DNA of 43,258 nt from Acidimicrobiia bacterium (GTDB lineage Bacteria; Actinomycetota; Acidimicrobiia; Spongiisociales; ZC4RG35), in NCBI GenBank assembly GCA_049686815.1, contig JBAVIK010000162.1, positions 1-43,258 on the forward strand, read 5' to 3'. Below, one piece after another: positions 1 to 7,714 of this stretch; positions within the stretch are counted from its first letter, which is position 1, and each line of letters begins with the position of its first letter. The position numbers and the translations under genes are program-made. The notes under the pieces are model-generated. The model saw only the letters and a list, made by a program, of their open reading frames with translations. It ran no database searches and was not told where the DNA came from.

Positions 1-2006
1 CTATTGAAGGCTTCTATCAGAAATGGGTCACCGCTCATGTGGGCGAGGACCCTCAGCTCGATTTGTGAATAGTCGGCAACCAGGAACTGACTGTCTTTCC
101 CGGCGATGAACGCTCGTCGCACCGTCAGGCCGGTCTCCGATCGAACAGGGATATTTTGGAGATTGGGGCTATCTGATGAGAGTCGGCCGGTAGTGGCTGC
201 CATCTGGTTGAACCGGGTCCTGATTCGACCATCAGGGTCGACCAGGGGGAGATATCCATCGACGTATGTCGAGCGAAGCTTTTCCAGCTCGCGGTATTCG
301 AGCAAGGCCCGAACCACCGGATGATCCAGCTTCTTGAGAACAGAGGCGTCCGTCGACGGTTTGCCGGTAGACGTCTTCTTGAGCACTGGCAGCTCGAGTT
401 TCTCGAAGAGGATTGCGCGAAGCTGATCTGTCGAGTTCACATTGAACGGCTCACCAGCCAACTCGTGAATCTCGTTTTCTAGAACGGCGATTCGGGCGCG
501 TAGGTCCTCTCCCATGGTTTCGAGATATGCCCGGTCGATTCCGATTCCCGCATGCTCCATCCGGGCGAGAACCGGGATCAACGGAAGCTCGAACTCTTCG
601 AACAAACCCTTCTCGCCGCGGGCGTCCAACTCGGTCTCCATGAACTCGACCAGTCGATGTATTGCCTCCACCCTTCGGCCCTCCATCTCGACATCGGGTG
701 CCGTGTCGAAAGGCAGCATGCCGGCCTGTGACTCATCATCTGGAGAGACCAACTCGAGACCCAGCGTTCGTTCTGCGATCTCTTCGAGGTCGTAGGTCCG
801 CTGGGCGGGGTTCAAGATGTAGGCGGCTAGCGCCGTATCCATCTTCGGCCGAGTGAGATCATGACCCTGGTCCAGCAGCGCCCTTGCCAACCCCTTGATG
901 TCGTGGCCTGCAACGCCGATCGCTCCGGAGTCCATCCGATCCAGGATCGGACCGGCGTCCTCGAATGGGATGACGACAGCCCGACCGGAGACGAGGGATA
1001 CCGCAAGACCGAACGGCTCGCCACCGGCATTGACCAGGCCGATGACGAGATCCTCCCTCGATGCGATCTCGATGACCCGATCATGGGTCGTCAGCAACTC
1101 AGACTCGACTTCGAGAACTTCGGTAGGACCACTGGTGGAGGGCAGCGCCTGTTCCAGGTCGTTCCACATCGAATGGAACTCGAGACTGTCAAAAAGGTCT
1201 TTGACCAGATTCTTGTCCCATTCTCGAGTGACGAAATCGGACGTGCCATGTCCAAGATCCAGATCATCCACCAGTTTCATGAGCTGACGATTCAGGAATA
1301 CTTGCTCTCGCGTCGCCGCGAGGTTCTCTATCAGCTTGGGGGTGAAAGTGGTGATCGCTTCGTAGACCCCATCGATACTTCCGTGCTCGGCGATGAGTTT
1401 GGCTGCTGTCTTCTCTCCAACACCGGGCACACCCGGCAAATTGTCACTGTTGTCACCGCGCAGCGCGGCGTACTCGACGTACTGAGAAGGCGATATGCCG
1501 TAGCGGTCCTCGATCCAAACCTCGTCTGCGAGAACGGTGTCTGAAATTCCCCTCCGTGTGTACAGGACCTTGACTGGCCCGCCCACCAACTGAAAGGCAT
1601 CGCGATCGCCGGTAACGATCAACACCTCCCACCCGTCATGGACCGCCCGATCGGTAAGCGACGCGATGATGTCGTCCGCCTCGAAACCCTCCAGTCTCAG
1701 TTGGGAGATCTGGAGTGCCTGCAGAACCTCGTCCATCAGAGGCAGTTGCGATCGAAAATGATCGGGAGCCTTCTCACGCTGAGCCTTGTACTCGGGGTAT
1801 TGCTCGGTTCGAAACGTCTTTCGTGAAACATCCCACGCAACCGCCACACCGTCGGGATGGTGATCCTTGAGGAGTCGGATAAGCATCCGTGTGAACCCGA
1901 ATACGGCATTGGTTATCTGACCGGACTTGGTGGCTAGGTCATCCGGGAGGGCGTAAAAGGCTCTGTAGGCGATCGAATTGCCGTCGATCAGAGCGAGTGT
2001 CGGCAC
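1..2006 (-). CDS. polA: DNA polymerase I, first ~668 codons (C-terminus lies beyond the window edge)
   Basis: Absent from the ORF track because it has no stop codon in the window. Manual minus-strand translation from GTG 2006 gives VPTLALIDGNSIAYRAFYALP...GDNSDNLPGVPGVGEKTAAKLI (5'-nuclease plus HhH), then ...QNIPVRSETG...ADYSQIELRVLAH (family A polymerase motif A), and stays open to position 1. The central exo-like domain lacks the DxE ExoI acidic residues (VIGLVNAGGEP). Confidence 0.95.
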   Translation of the reverse strand, partial: MPTLALIDGNSIAYRAFYALPDDLATKSGQITNAVFGFTRMLIRLLKDHHPDGVAVAWDVSRKTFRTEQYPEYKAQREKAPDHFRSQLPLMDEVLQALQISQLRLEGFEADDIIASLTDRAVHDGWEVLIVTGDRDAFQLVGGPVKVLYTRRGISDTVLADEVWIEDRYGISPSQYVEYAALRGDNSDNLPGVPGVGEKTAAKLIAEHGSIDGVYEAITTFTPKLIENLAATREQVFLNRQLMKLVDDLDLGHGTSDFVTREWDKNLVKDLFDSLEFHSMWNDLEQALPSTSGPTEVLEVESELLTTHDRVIEIASREDLVIGLVNAGGEPFGLAVSLVSGRAVVIPFEDAGPILDRMDSGAIGVAGHDIKGLARALLDQGHDLTRPKMDTALAAYILNPAQRTYDLEEIAERTLGLELVSPDDESQAGMLPFDTAPDVEMEGRRVEAIHRLVEFMETELDARGEKGLFEEFELPLIPVLARMEHAGIGIDRAYLETMGEDLRARIAVLENEIHELAGEPFNVNSTDQLRAILFEKLELPVLKKTSTGKPSTDASVLKKLDHPVVRALLEYRELEKLRSTYVDGYLPLVDPDGRIRTRFNQMAATTGRLSSDSPNLQNIPVRSETGLTVRRAFIAGKDSQFLVADYSQIELRVLAHMSGDPFLIEAFN

Positions 2007-2013
2007 TAGCCGG

Positions 2014-2019
2014 ACGGTA
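2014..2019 (-). promoter_or_regulatory. candidate -10 hexamer TACCGT placed 7 nt before the polA GTG (leaderless-type arrangement)
   Basis: Minus strand reads GGTAG TACCGT CCGGCTA GTG. It fits the actinobacterial TANNNT -10 consensus, and no SD lies upstream of the start. Confidence 0.3.
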
Positions 2020-2057
2020 CTACCTAGATCGCGTCGAGATATCGGCGCTCAAACCGG

Positions 2058-2399
2058 TCAGTCGGGAAGGTTCGCCAAAAGCGAATCACGCTTGGCGATG
2101 AGTTTTCGACTCTTCGCATCGAGGTCCACGAGAGCCTTCTCAAATCTCCTCACATCAGCGGCCGTCAGACCGGCCTCTTCGCGATCTATGTAGTTCCCAA
2201 CTGCGGCATCACGCTGAGCGTCCTCGTTTATCGAGCGGTGATATTCCAGCTCGGCGGCGATCAAATCTGATTCGTGCTCGATCTTGGCGATCTTGTCGTT
2301 GAGCCGAAAAATCCTGCGGTGAACACGTTTCAAGCTCGGCTCAGCGTATCCCCACGGGTCCCCTATTCCCATAACAAGCCATATCGTCCCACGCGGCAC
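2058..2399 (-). CDS. hypothetical small coiled-coil protein (113 aa from GTG 2399; ATG 2372 is an alternative start)
   Basis: ORF track. Charged helical repeats (KIAKIEHESDLIAAELEYHRS, RRFEKALVDLDAKSRKLIAKRDSLL). I recognise no family motif. Same strand as tRNA-Leu and polA, lying between them. Confidence 0.45.
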   Translation of the reverse strand: MPRGTIWLVMGIGDPWGYAEPSLKRVHRRIFRLNDKIAKIEHESDLIAAELEYHRSINEDAQRDAAVGNYIDREEAGLTAADVRRFEKALVDLDAKSRKLIAKRDSLLANLPD

Positions 2400-2438
2400 A
2401 TCATCATGCTCGGGATACCAAGATCAAGGTGTTCGAAG

Positions 2439-2523
2439 TGGTGCGGGAGGTGGGATTCGAACCCACACGCCCAATGGGCAATGGTGTTTGAGACCATAGC
2501 GTCTACCGTTCCGCCACTCCCGC
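2439..2523 (-). tRNA. tRNA-Leu, anticodon CAA, long variable arm, 3' CCA encoded
   Basis: Minus strand reads GCGGGAGTGGCGGAACGGTAGACGCTATGGTCTCAAACACCATTGCCCATTGGGCGTGTGGGTTCGAATCCCACCTCCCGCACCA. Acceptor stem GCGGGAG/CTCCCGC, anticodon stem ATGGT/ACCAT with loop CTCAAAC, variable-arm hairpin GCCC-ATT-GGGC, T arm GTGGG-TTCGAAT-CCCAC. Confidence 0.9.
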
Positions 2524-2533
2524 TCAGTGCGGC

Positions 2534-2563
2534 ATTGTACCGATCAGGCCTTGGGACCGACAA
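2534..2563 (-). promoter_or_regulatory. candidate promoter for tRNA-Leu (TTGTCG - 18 nt - TACAAT)
   Basis: Minus strand reads ccTTGTCGgtcccaaggcctgatcggTACAATgccgcactgaG, where the final G is tRNA position 1. The -10 ends 10 nt before the mature 5' end. Confidence 0.3.
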
Positions 2564-2717
2564 AGGCGTCGATGAGCAAGACGTCACTCGACCGGGCCAC
2601 CGAGACGACACGTGACGTGGTCTGGGTCCAGCCGATGCCCAGGATGTCCAACGCGTCGGTGAAAATGGTGAGAATGTCGGTTGAGGCGTTGTGGAGGAAA
2701 TGAAGAGGCACACCCGG

Positions 2718-2723
2718 TAGCTT
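2718..2723 (+). promoter_or_regulatory. candidate -10 hexamer TAGCTT, 6 nt before the amidohydrolase ATG (leaderless-type arrangement)
   Basis: Plus strand reads ccgg TAGCTT tcctgg ATG. Matches TANNNT, and there is no SD. Confidence 0.3.
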
Positions 2724-2729
2724 TCCTGG

Positions 2730-3962
2730 ATGCATCGGTTCACACTTCTCCCCGACCAGGTCTTCGACTCGATCAAAGGTCAGATGCTCGACAACCACAT
2801 CGTCGTGGTCGAAGAGGACCGAATTGCGGAGGTCCGACCCGCCACCGAGGACGACGAAAACGTCGTTCGTCTGACCGGAATGACACTTCTCCCCGGTCTC
2901 ATCGACGTCCACACCCATCTCGCTTCTCTGCCAGACAACGGCCAGGGGTTCGCTCAAATCGCCCAGCGCTCCGGCGCTCAGGACGCGTTGATCGGTGCGC
3001 ACCACGCGGACGTGACGCTGCGAGCCGGGTTCACCACGGTGCGAGACATCGGCTGCTGGCGTGCCTTCACCGATGTGGCTTTGCGTGACGCAATCAACGC
3101 GGGCTGGGTCGATGGGCCGCGCATGATGGTTGCCGGCGCATACGTCACCTGTCCGGGAGGCGGCGGTGATATCACCGGCCTTGCAGTCGATGTCGATGCT
3201 GTGCTGCCCCGGGAGCTCAGGTTCGGCGTCAGCAGTGGTGTCGACGAAATTCGCTCGAATGTCCGGCAGATCTTGCGTTACGGAGCCGACTTCATCAAGG
3301 TCCTGGCAACCGGAGCGGTCCTCACTTCGGGAACGAACCCCGGAGCGCCCGAGTTCACTGAAGCAGAATTGAGGGCGGCGGTGGAGGGCGCAACAGAAGC
3401 TGGAACTCACGTTGCGGCACATGCCCACGGAACCGAAGGGATCAAGCGGGCAGTCCGGGCCGGAGTGCGTTCGATCGAGCACGGCTCGATGCTCGATGAC
3501 GAGGCGATCGAGCTCATGGTCGAGCGCGGCACCTACCTGGTGGCCGACCTGTACGACGGTGACTACATCCTCGAAGTCGGCCCAACACTCGGCTACAGCC
3601 AGGAAGTCCTCGAAAAGACGCGGCGTACGACAGATGTGCAGCGGATCGGTTTCGAGAAAGCGGTCGATGTTGGAGTGAGGCTTGCCTTTGGAACGGACGC
3701 TGCGGTGATCCCCCACGGCACCAACGCCCGTCAGTTGAGCTACTACGTGGAATATGGTCTGAGCTCATCAGAAGCGCTGCAAAGTGCCACGCGGTGGGCC
3801 GCGGAATTGATGGGGTGGGACGACTCCGTCGGGTCACTCACACCTGGGTGCTTTGCCGACCTGGTGGCGGTGCGTGGCAATCCTCTTGACAAGATCAGCC
3901 TCCTCGAAAGCCCAACGGGTGTGATGAAAGACGGTCGTTGGGTGGTGGAGCCTCAGGTCTGA
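2730..3962 (+). CDS. amidohydrolase-superfamily metal-dependent hydrolase (imidazolonepropionase / Xaa-Pro dipeptidase-related group)
   Basis: ORF track, 410 aa. LPGLIDVHTHL (HxH metal ligands), VAAHAHG, SIEHG and AFGTDA occur in the order typical of the amidohydrolase TIM barrel. Confidence 0.85.
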   Translation: MHRFTLLPDQVFDSIKGQMLDNHIVVVEEDRIAEVRPATEDDENVVRLTGMTLLPGLIDVHTHLASLPDNGQGFAQIAQRSGAQDALIGAHHADVTLRAGFTTVRDIGCWRAFTDVALRDAINAGWVDGPRMMVAGAYVTCPGGGGDITGLAVDVDAVLPRELRFGVSSGVDEIRSNVRQILRYGADFIKVLATGAVLTSGTNPGAPEFTEAELRAAVEGATEAGTHVAAHAHGTEGIKRAVRAGVRSIEHGSMLDDEAIELMVERGTYLVADLYDGDYILEVGPTLGYSQEVLEKTRRTTDVQRIGFEKAVDVGVRLAFGTDAAVIPHGTNARQLSYYVEYGLSSSEALQSATRWAAELMGWDDSVGSLTPGCFADLVAVRGNPLDKISLLESPTGVMKDGRWVVEPQV

Positions 3963-5401
3963 ACCGGAAGATTCACCGTGATTGTCGTACCGTGGCCGAG
4001 GGTGCTTGCTGCGGTGACAGTGCCCCCGAGGCGATCAACCAATCCTCTGACGATCGACAGTCCCAACCCGGTCCCTTCTTTTCGCACCTGACGTCTCGTC
4101 CCGACGAAATGACGGTCGAAAATTTGGGGTAACTCATCTTCGGAGATTCCTGACCCGGTGTCCGAAACTGCGATACTCACACCCGCTCCAGAGGCTCTCG
4201 AGATGACCACTTTCACGGTTCCCGACTCGGGAGTGAAACGCAAGGCGTTCTCCACGAGGTTCTGAGCTATTTGGCTGACACGGTCAGGATCAGTGTGGAT
4301 CACCATCCCCGGTGCTGTTTCCAACTCAAGCTTCACCCCGAACTGTTCGGCGACCCTCCGGAACCCTGCGATCACCTCTCCGAGATGGGCGCCAACGTCG
4401 ACTGGCTCGAGCCGGAGACTGAATTCAGGCTGCTCCAGTCTGGCGAGGGTCGACAAGTCTTCGATCAGACGGCTCATCTGTCGCGTCTGAACCCCCAAGA
4501 CCCCACCAATCCGGTTGATCTCGTCTGCGTCGACGTCTCCCGCTTCCAGTGCCTCTGAGTAGCCGCCAATGGTCGTCAGGGGGGTTCGAAGGTCGTGCCC
4601 TACGCCGAGAATGAACTCCCGCTCCCGTTCACGAGTGTTCTCGAGCTCCGCGGCCATGTCGTTGAACGCGTGGGCCACCTCGTCGAGCTCGGAGTCACCG
4701 AGATCAGGCACACGGACACTCATGTCGCCGTCGGCGATCTGTCGAGAGGCAACCGCCAGCGGCTCCAACTTGTCTGCCACTTGGCTGGACAGAAGTCGAG
4801 CTAGCAGCGATGCGAGCAATCCGATGCCGACCACCACGATGAGCAGACCCCGCCCCTGATCGCCCAGACGCACCACCGGAGCTTCTCGGGCGAGGGCCAC
4901 ATAGAGCTCGAGCTCACCGTCACGTGTCTCGATAGTCGTGGGGGTAACCACCACCAGCTCACCCGACGATGATCGGGTCAGCTCACTGAGTCCTTCCGCC
5001 AGTTTGCCTTGATCGAGGCTCACCCTGTCGAAGAGCGGCGAATTGGACAGAACCTGACCATCCGTGGAAACCACTCCAAACGCCATCTCTGAGCTACCGG
5101 CGGTGCGGCGAATACGACTCAGAAGTGGTCGAAGGTCGCCGTCCAGAGCCCGAAACACGTCACCTGCAGCTCTTGGTCGCTGTTCGGCGAGAGCGACCGA
5201 GTCCTGGATAAATGCCACGGTTTCTGCGGCGGACTGACGCATCTCGCGATAGGTAGCGTCGACCGCGGCCCTTTGTGACGCGTAGACCGCCCCGGCGAGC
5301 ACCAGGAGACCGGTCAAAGCCGATACTCCAACAAGGGTCCAGAACAGGCGACGTCTCAATGGTGACCGACCACCACTAGCTGCCCAACCGATAGCCGACA
5401 C
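3953..5401 (-). CDS. sensor histidine kinase (2 TM, HAMP, HisKA, HATPase_c)
   Basis: ORF track, 482 aa. H-box GVGHDLRTPLTTI, N-box QNLVENALRFT, G1 VSDTGSGI, G2 GTGLGLSIV, and a HAMP-like linker after the second hydrophobic segment. GTG 5401 overlaps the regulator gene by 26 nt; TTG 5359 (MRRRLFW...) is an alternative start. Confidence 0.9.
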   Translation of the reverse strand: MSAIGWAASGGRSPLRRRLFWTLVGVSALTGLLVLAGAVYASQRAAVDATYREMRQSAAETVAFIQDSVALAEQRPRAAGDVFRALDGDLRPLLSRIRRTAGSSEMAFGVVSTDGQVLSNSPLFDRVSLDQGKLAEGLSELTRSSSGELVVVTPTTIETRDGELELYVALAREAPVVRLGDQGRGLLIVVVGIGLLASLLARLLSSQVADKLEPLAVASRQIADGDMSVRVPDLGDSELDEVAHAFNDMAAELENTREREREFILGVGHDLRTPLTTIGGYSEALEAGDVDADEINRIGGVLGVQTRQMSRLIEDLSTLARLEQPEFSLRLEPVDVGAHLGEVIAGFRRVAEQFGVKLELETAPGMVIHTDPDRVSQIAQNLVENALRFTPESGTVKVVISRASGAGVSIAVSDTGSGISEDELPQIFDRHFVGTRRQVRKEGTGLGLSIVRGLVDRLGGTVTAASTLGHGTTITVNLPVQT

Positions 5402-6053
5402 CCCAAACGGTTTCGATCGGGATCCCTTCTATCTTCTTCCGAAGCTGACGTATGTGGACGTCAACGGTCCGTGTCTCCTCAAAGTACTCATAACCCCACA
5501 CCGCCTCGAGGATCTGGCCACGACTCATTGCCAAGCCGCCATTCTCGGCAAGGAACCAAAGGAGATCGAACTCCTTGGCAGTCGGCGCGACAACATCGCC
5601 TTGGGGCCGCGTCACTGTTCGTTTGCCACCGTCGATCTCATAGCCTTCGATCTCGAGCAACCTCGGTTTGGCCGGCCCCTCCTCCGACCTTCGTAGAACT
5701 GCCTTGACCCTTGCCATGAGCTCCCGCGGTGAGAACGGTTTGGTGACATAGTCATCGGCACCCATCTCCAACCCGAGAACCTTGTCGATCTCACTTTCGC
5801 GAGCCGTGAGCATGATCACAGGGATCTGGCTGAATTCCCGGATTCGACGGCAGGTCTCAACGCCGTCGATACCAGGGAGGTTGATGTCCAAGAGAACGGT
5901 GGACACCGGTCTTATTCTCAGACGCTCGATTGCCTCTTCCCCGGTCAAAGCGTGGAGAAAGCGGTAGCCGTCTCTCTCGAAGAACCCACGAAGCATGTCG
6001 GCAATCGCATCATCATCCTCTACGAGCAGCACCGAACGTGCAGGACCAGACAT
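5376..6053 (-). CDS. OmpR/PhoB-family response regulator
   Basis: ORF track, 225 aa. LLVEDDD, acceptor Asp in LLDINLPGIDG, KPFSPRELMARV, winged-helix tail TAKEFDLLWFL...VWGVGYRL. Confidence 0.92.
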   Translation of the reverse strand: MSGPARSVLLVEDDDAIADMLRGFFERDGYRFLHALTGEEAIERLRIRPVSTVLLDINLPGIDGVETCRRIREFSQIPVIMLTARESEIDKVLGLEMGADDYVTKPFSPRELMARVKAVLRRSEEGPAKPRLLEIEGYEIDGGKRTVTRPQGDVVAPTAKEFDLLWFLAENGGLAMSRGQILEAVWGYEYFEETRTVDVHIRQLRKKIEGIPIETVWGVGYRLGS

Positions 6054-6092
6054 GAAGACAGTTTGGCTTCACACTTGTAAAGAACCCGTGAA

Positions 6093-6878
6093 CTATGTCT
6101 TTGCTTTTTGGGGAATCTCCCGAACCGTGCCCCCGACTCCGTCGACTCTGACTTCCTCACCGGGGAGCACTTCACGACGAATCATGCCCAGACCGGATGT
6201 TTCTGCGACGGAACTGAGGACTCCAACCTGCCTCTCGCCATGAAAGACCGGAGATCCAGGGTCCACCGGCGCGGACAGAGTCACCATGCGAAGGTGCCGC
6301 GGAACGTTGCCACCTCTGGAGTCAATGCGGGCCACCAACTCCTGACCGAGATAGCAGCCTTTGTCGAAGTCCACGGTTGCCCCCACAAGCCCTGTCTCCT
6401 GCGGGATGGTCTTCTCATCGATGTCGACTCCCCACTCTGGCTCCCCAGCGGCGATTCGCTCCCGGTGGTATTCGGAGTCCGTGCCGACCGGCAGGTCCGG
6501 TCTGGCTCCGACGACCAGAGCCCGCTTTGTGCGTCCCCATGAAACGTCTACGCCAGCGTATGGGCCCATCACGAGCCAAACCGGCTCTGGCTCGGGAACT
6601 ATCTCCACGTCAACCCGGATGCGATAGCGCCCCAGCGTGTTCGCAAGCTCCTCTCCCCTGCCTGGGTCCGTAACCAGTCCGACCTCGTCATCGAACTTGA
6701 GCACCCAGAGCACATGATCGAGTTTTCCGTCTGGCCCGAGCAGCAGGGAGCGTCGCACGTCTCCCGACGTCATCGACGAGATCTCCCGGCTGATCAGGTC
6801 GTTGAGAAACCGTACGGCGTCTTTGCCCCTGAACCAGACCAGATCGGGCGATTTTGGGGCGAGCCAGGATTCGGTCAC
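6093..6878 (-). CDS. ygfZ: folate-binding YgfZ/GcvT-like protein
   Basis: ORF track, 261 aa. Carries the YgfZ signature KGCYLGQE. The GTG start shares one nucleotide with the ccdA stop (minus strand reads TAGTG). Confidence 0.85.
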   Translation of the reverse strand: MTESWLAPKSPDLVWFRGKDAVRFLNDLISREISSMTSGDVRRSLLLGPDGKLDHVLWVLKFDDEVGLVTDPGRGEELANTLGRYRIRVDVEIVPEPEPVWLVMGPYAGVDVSWGRTKRALVVGARPDLPVGTDSEYHRERIAAGEPEWGVDIDEKTIPQETGLVGATVDFDKGCYLGQELVARIDSRGGNVPRHLRMVTLSAPVDPGSPVFHGERQVGVLSSVAETSGLGMIRREVLPGEEVRVDGVGGTVREIPQKAKT

Positions 6879-7648
6879 TAGACGGAGGCTAGGCCCCTGA
6901 GGAACGGTACAGAATCAAACACCTGGACAAACCAGGCTGAGAGGCTCCCCAGATTCCCGGTCACCATGATCACACCGAAGACAGCGAGAAACAGACCAGA
7001 TGCGATGTTGATAGGACGTAGGTACGGCTTGAGTCTCCCGAAGAACTTGAAGAGCCCCAACCCCGCCAACAAGAAGGGCACTCCGAGACCCGCGGAGTAG
7101 GCGACCAGGAGCAAGACACCCTCACCGAGAGTCTCCTGCGTTGCAGCGGTGGCCAGAATCACCGTGAGCACAGGACCGATACAAGGGGTCCAACCAAATC
7201 CAAACGCGGCACCCATGACTGGTGGCGCCCACTTCCCGAGTCGGGAGGGCCTGACATGGACCCTCTTCTCTTGATTGGCCACCGCGAGGAATCCACGATT
7301 CGAAATCGCCATTGCCACCATCAGGATCCCGAAACCGATGATCACGAATCCGGAGATTCGGGTCAGGGCAGAGAGATTCTGACGGAGGAATTGCCCGAAA
7401 CCCGTGGCTGCTGCGCCCAGGGCGGCAAACACAACTGTAAATCCCAGAATGAACAGGAGGATCACCCGTGTCATACGCCCGATCGAGACGTCGCCCTCTT
7501 CCAGCTGTGCCGCCGAGTAACCCGACATCATCGACAAGTACCCGGGAAGCAACGGCAGGACGCACGGAGAGATGAACGAAATCACGCCAGCTCCGAATGC
7601 GACCAAGAGCTGGATCAAATATGCGGCTTCGCCGACGTTCTCAAACAT
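6878..7648 (-). CDS. ccdA: CcdA/DsbD-family thiol-disulfide electron transporter (cytochrome c biogenesis type)
   Basis: Track ORF 6878..7765 trimmed to ATG 7648 (MFENVGEAAYLIQLL...). Six hydrophobic segments carry the two conserved Cys motifs SPCVLPLLPGY and WTPCIGPVL. The exact start is uncertain because there is no clear SD. Confidence 0.8.
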   Translation of the reverse strand: MFENVGEAAYLIQLLVAFGAGVISFISPCVLPLLPGYLSMMSGYSAAQLEEGDVSIGRMTRVILLFILGFTVVFAALGAAATGFGQFLRQNLSALTRISGFVIIGFGILMVAMAISNRGFLAVANQEKRVHVRPSRLGKWAPPVMGAAFGFGWTPCIGPVLTVILATAATQETLGEGVLLLVAYSAGLGVPFLLAGLGLFKFFGRLKPYLRPINIASGLFLAVFGVIMVTGNLGSLSAWFVQVFDSVPFLRGLASV

Positions 7649-7702
7649 AGAACTCGCCACGACAACGGGAGGACACGACACGATGATCTCATAAGTCCTG
7701 TT

Positions 7703-7708
7703 TACGCT
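7703..7708 (+). promoter_or_regulatory. candidate -10 hexamer TACGCT, 6 nt before the MFS transporter ATG (leaderless-type arrangement)
   Basis: Plus strand reads tgtt TACGCT tgctaa ATG. Matches TANNNT, and there is no SD. Confidence 0.3.
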
Positions 7709-7714
7709 TGCTAA

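Noticed and set aside
2544-3716. 390-aa minus-strand ORF covering most of the amidohydrolase gene
   Set aside because: It is antisense to a gene with clear amidohydrolase motifs. Its translation is Arg/Ser/Gly/Val-rich low-complexity sequence with no motifs. Such ORFs are typical GC-rich shadow ORFs.
6068-6092. Inverted repeat TTCAC-N15-GTGAA upstream of the response regulator gene
   Set aside because: The arms are only 5 bp. OmpR-family regulators usually bind direct repeats. It could equally be nothing, so it is not reported as a site.
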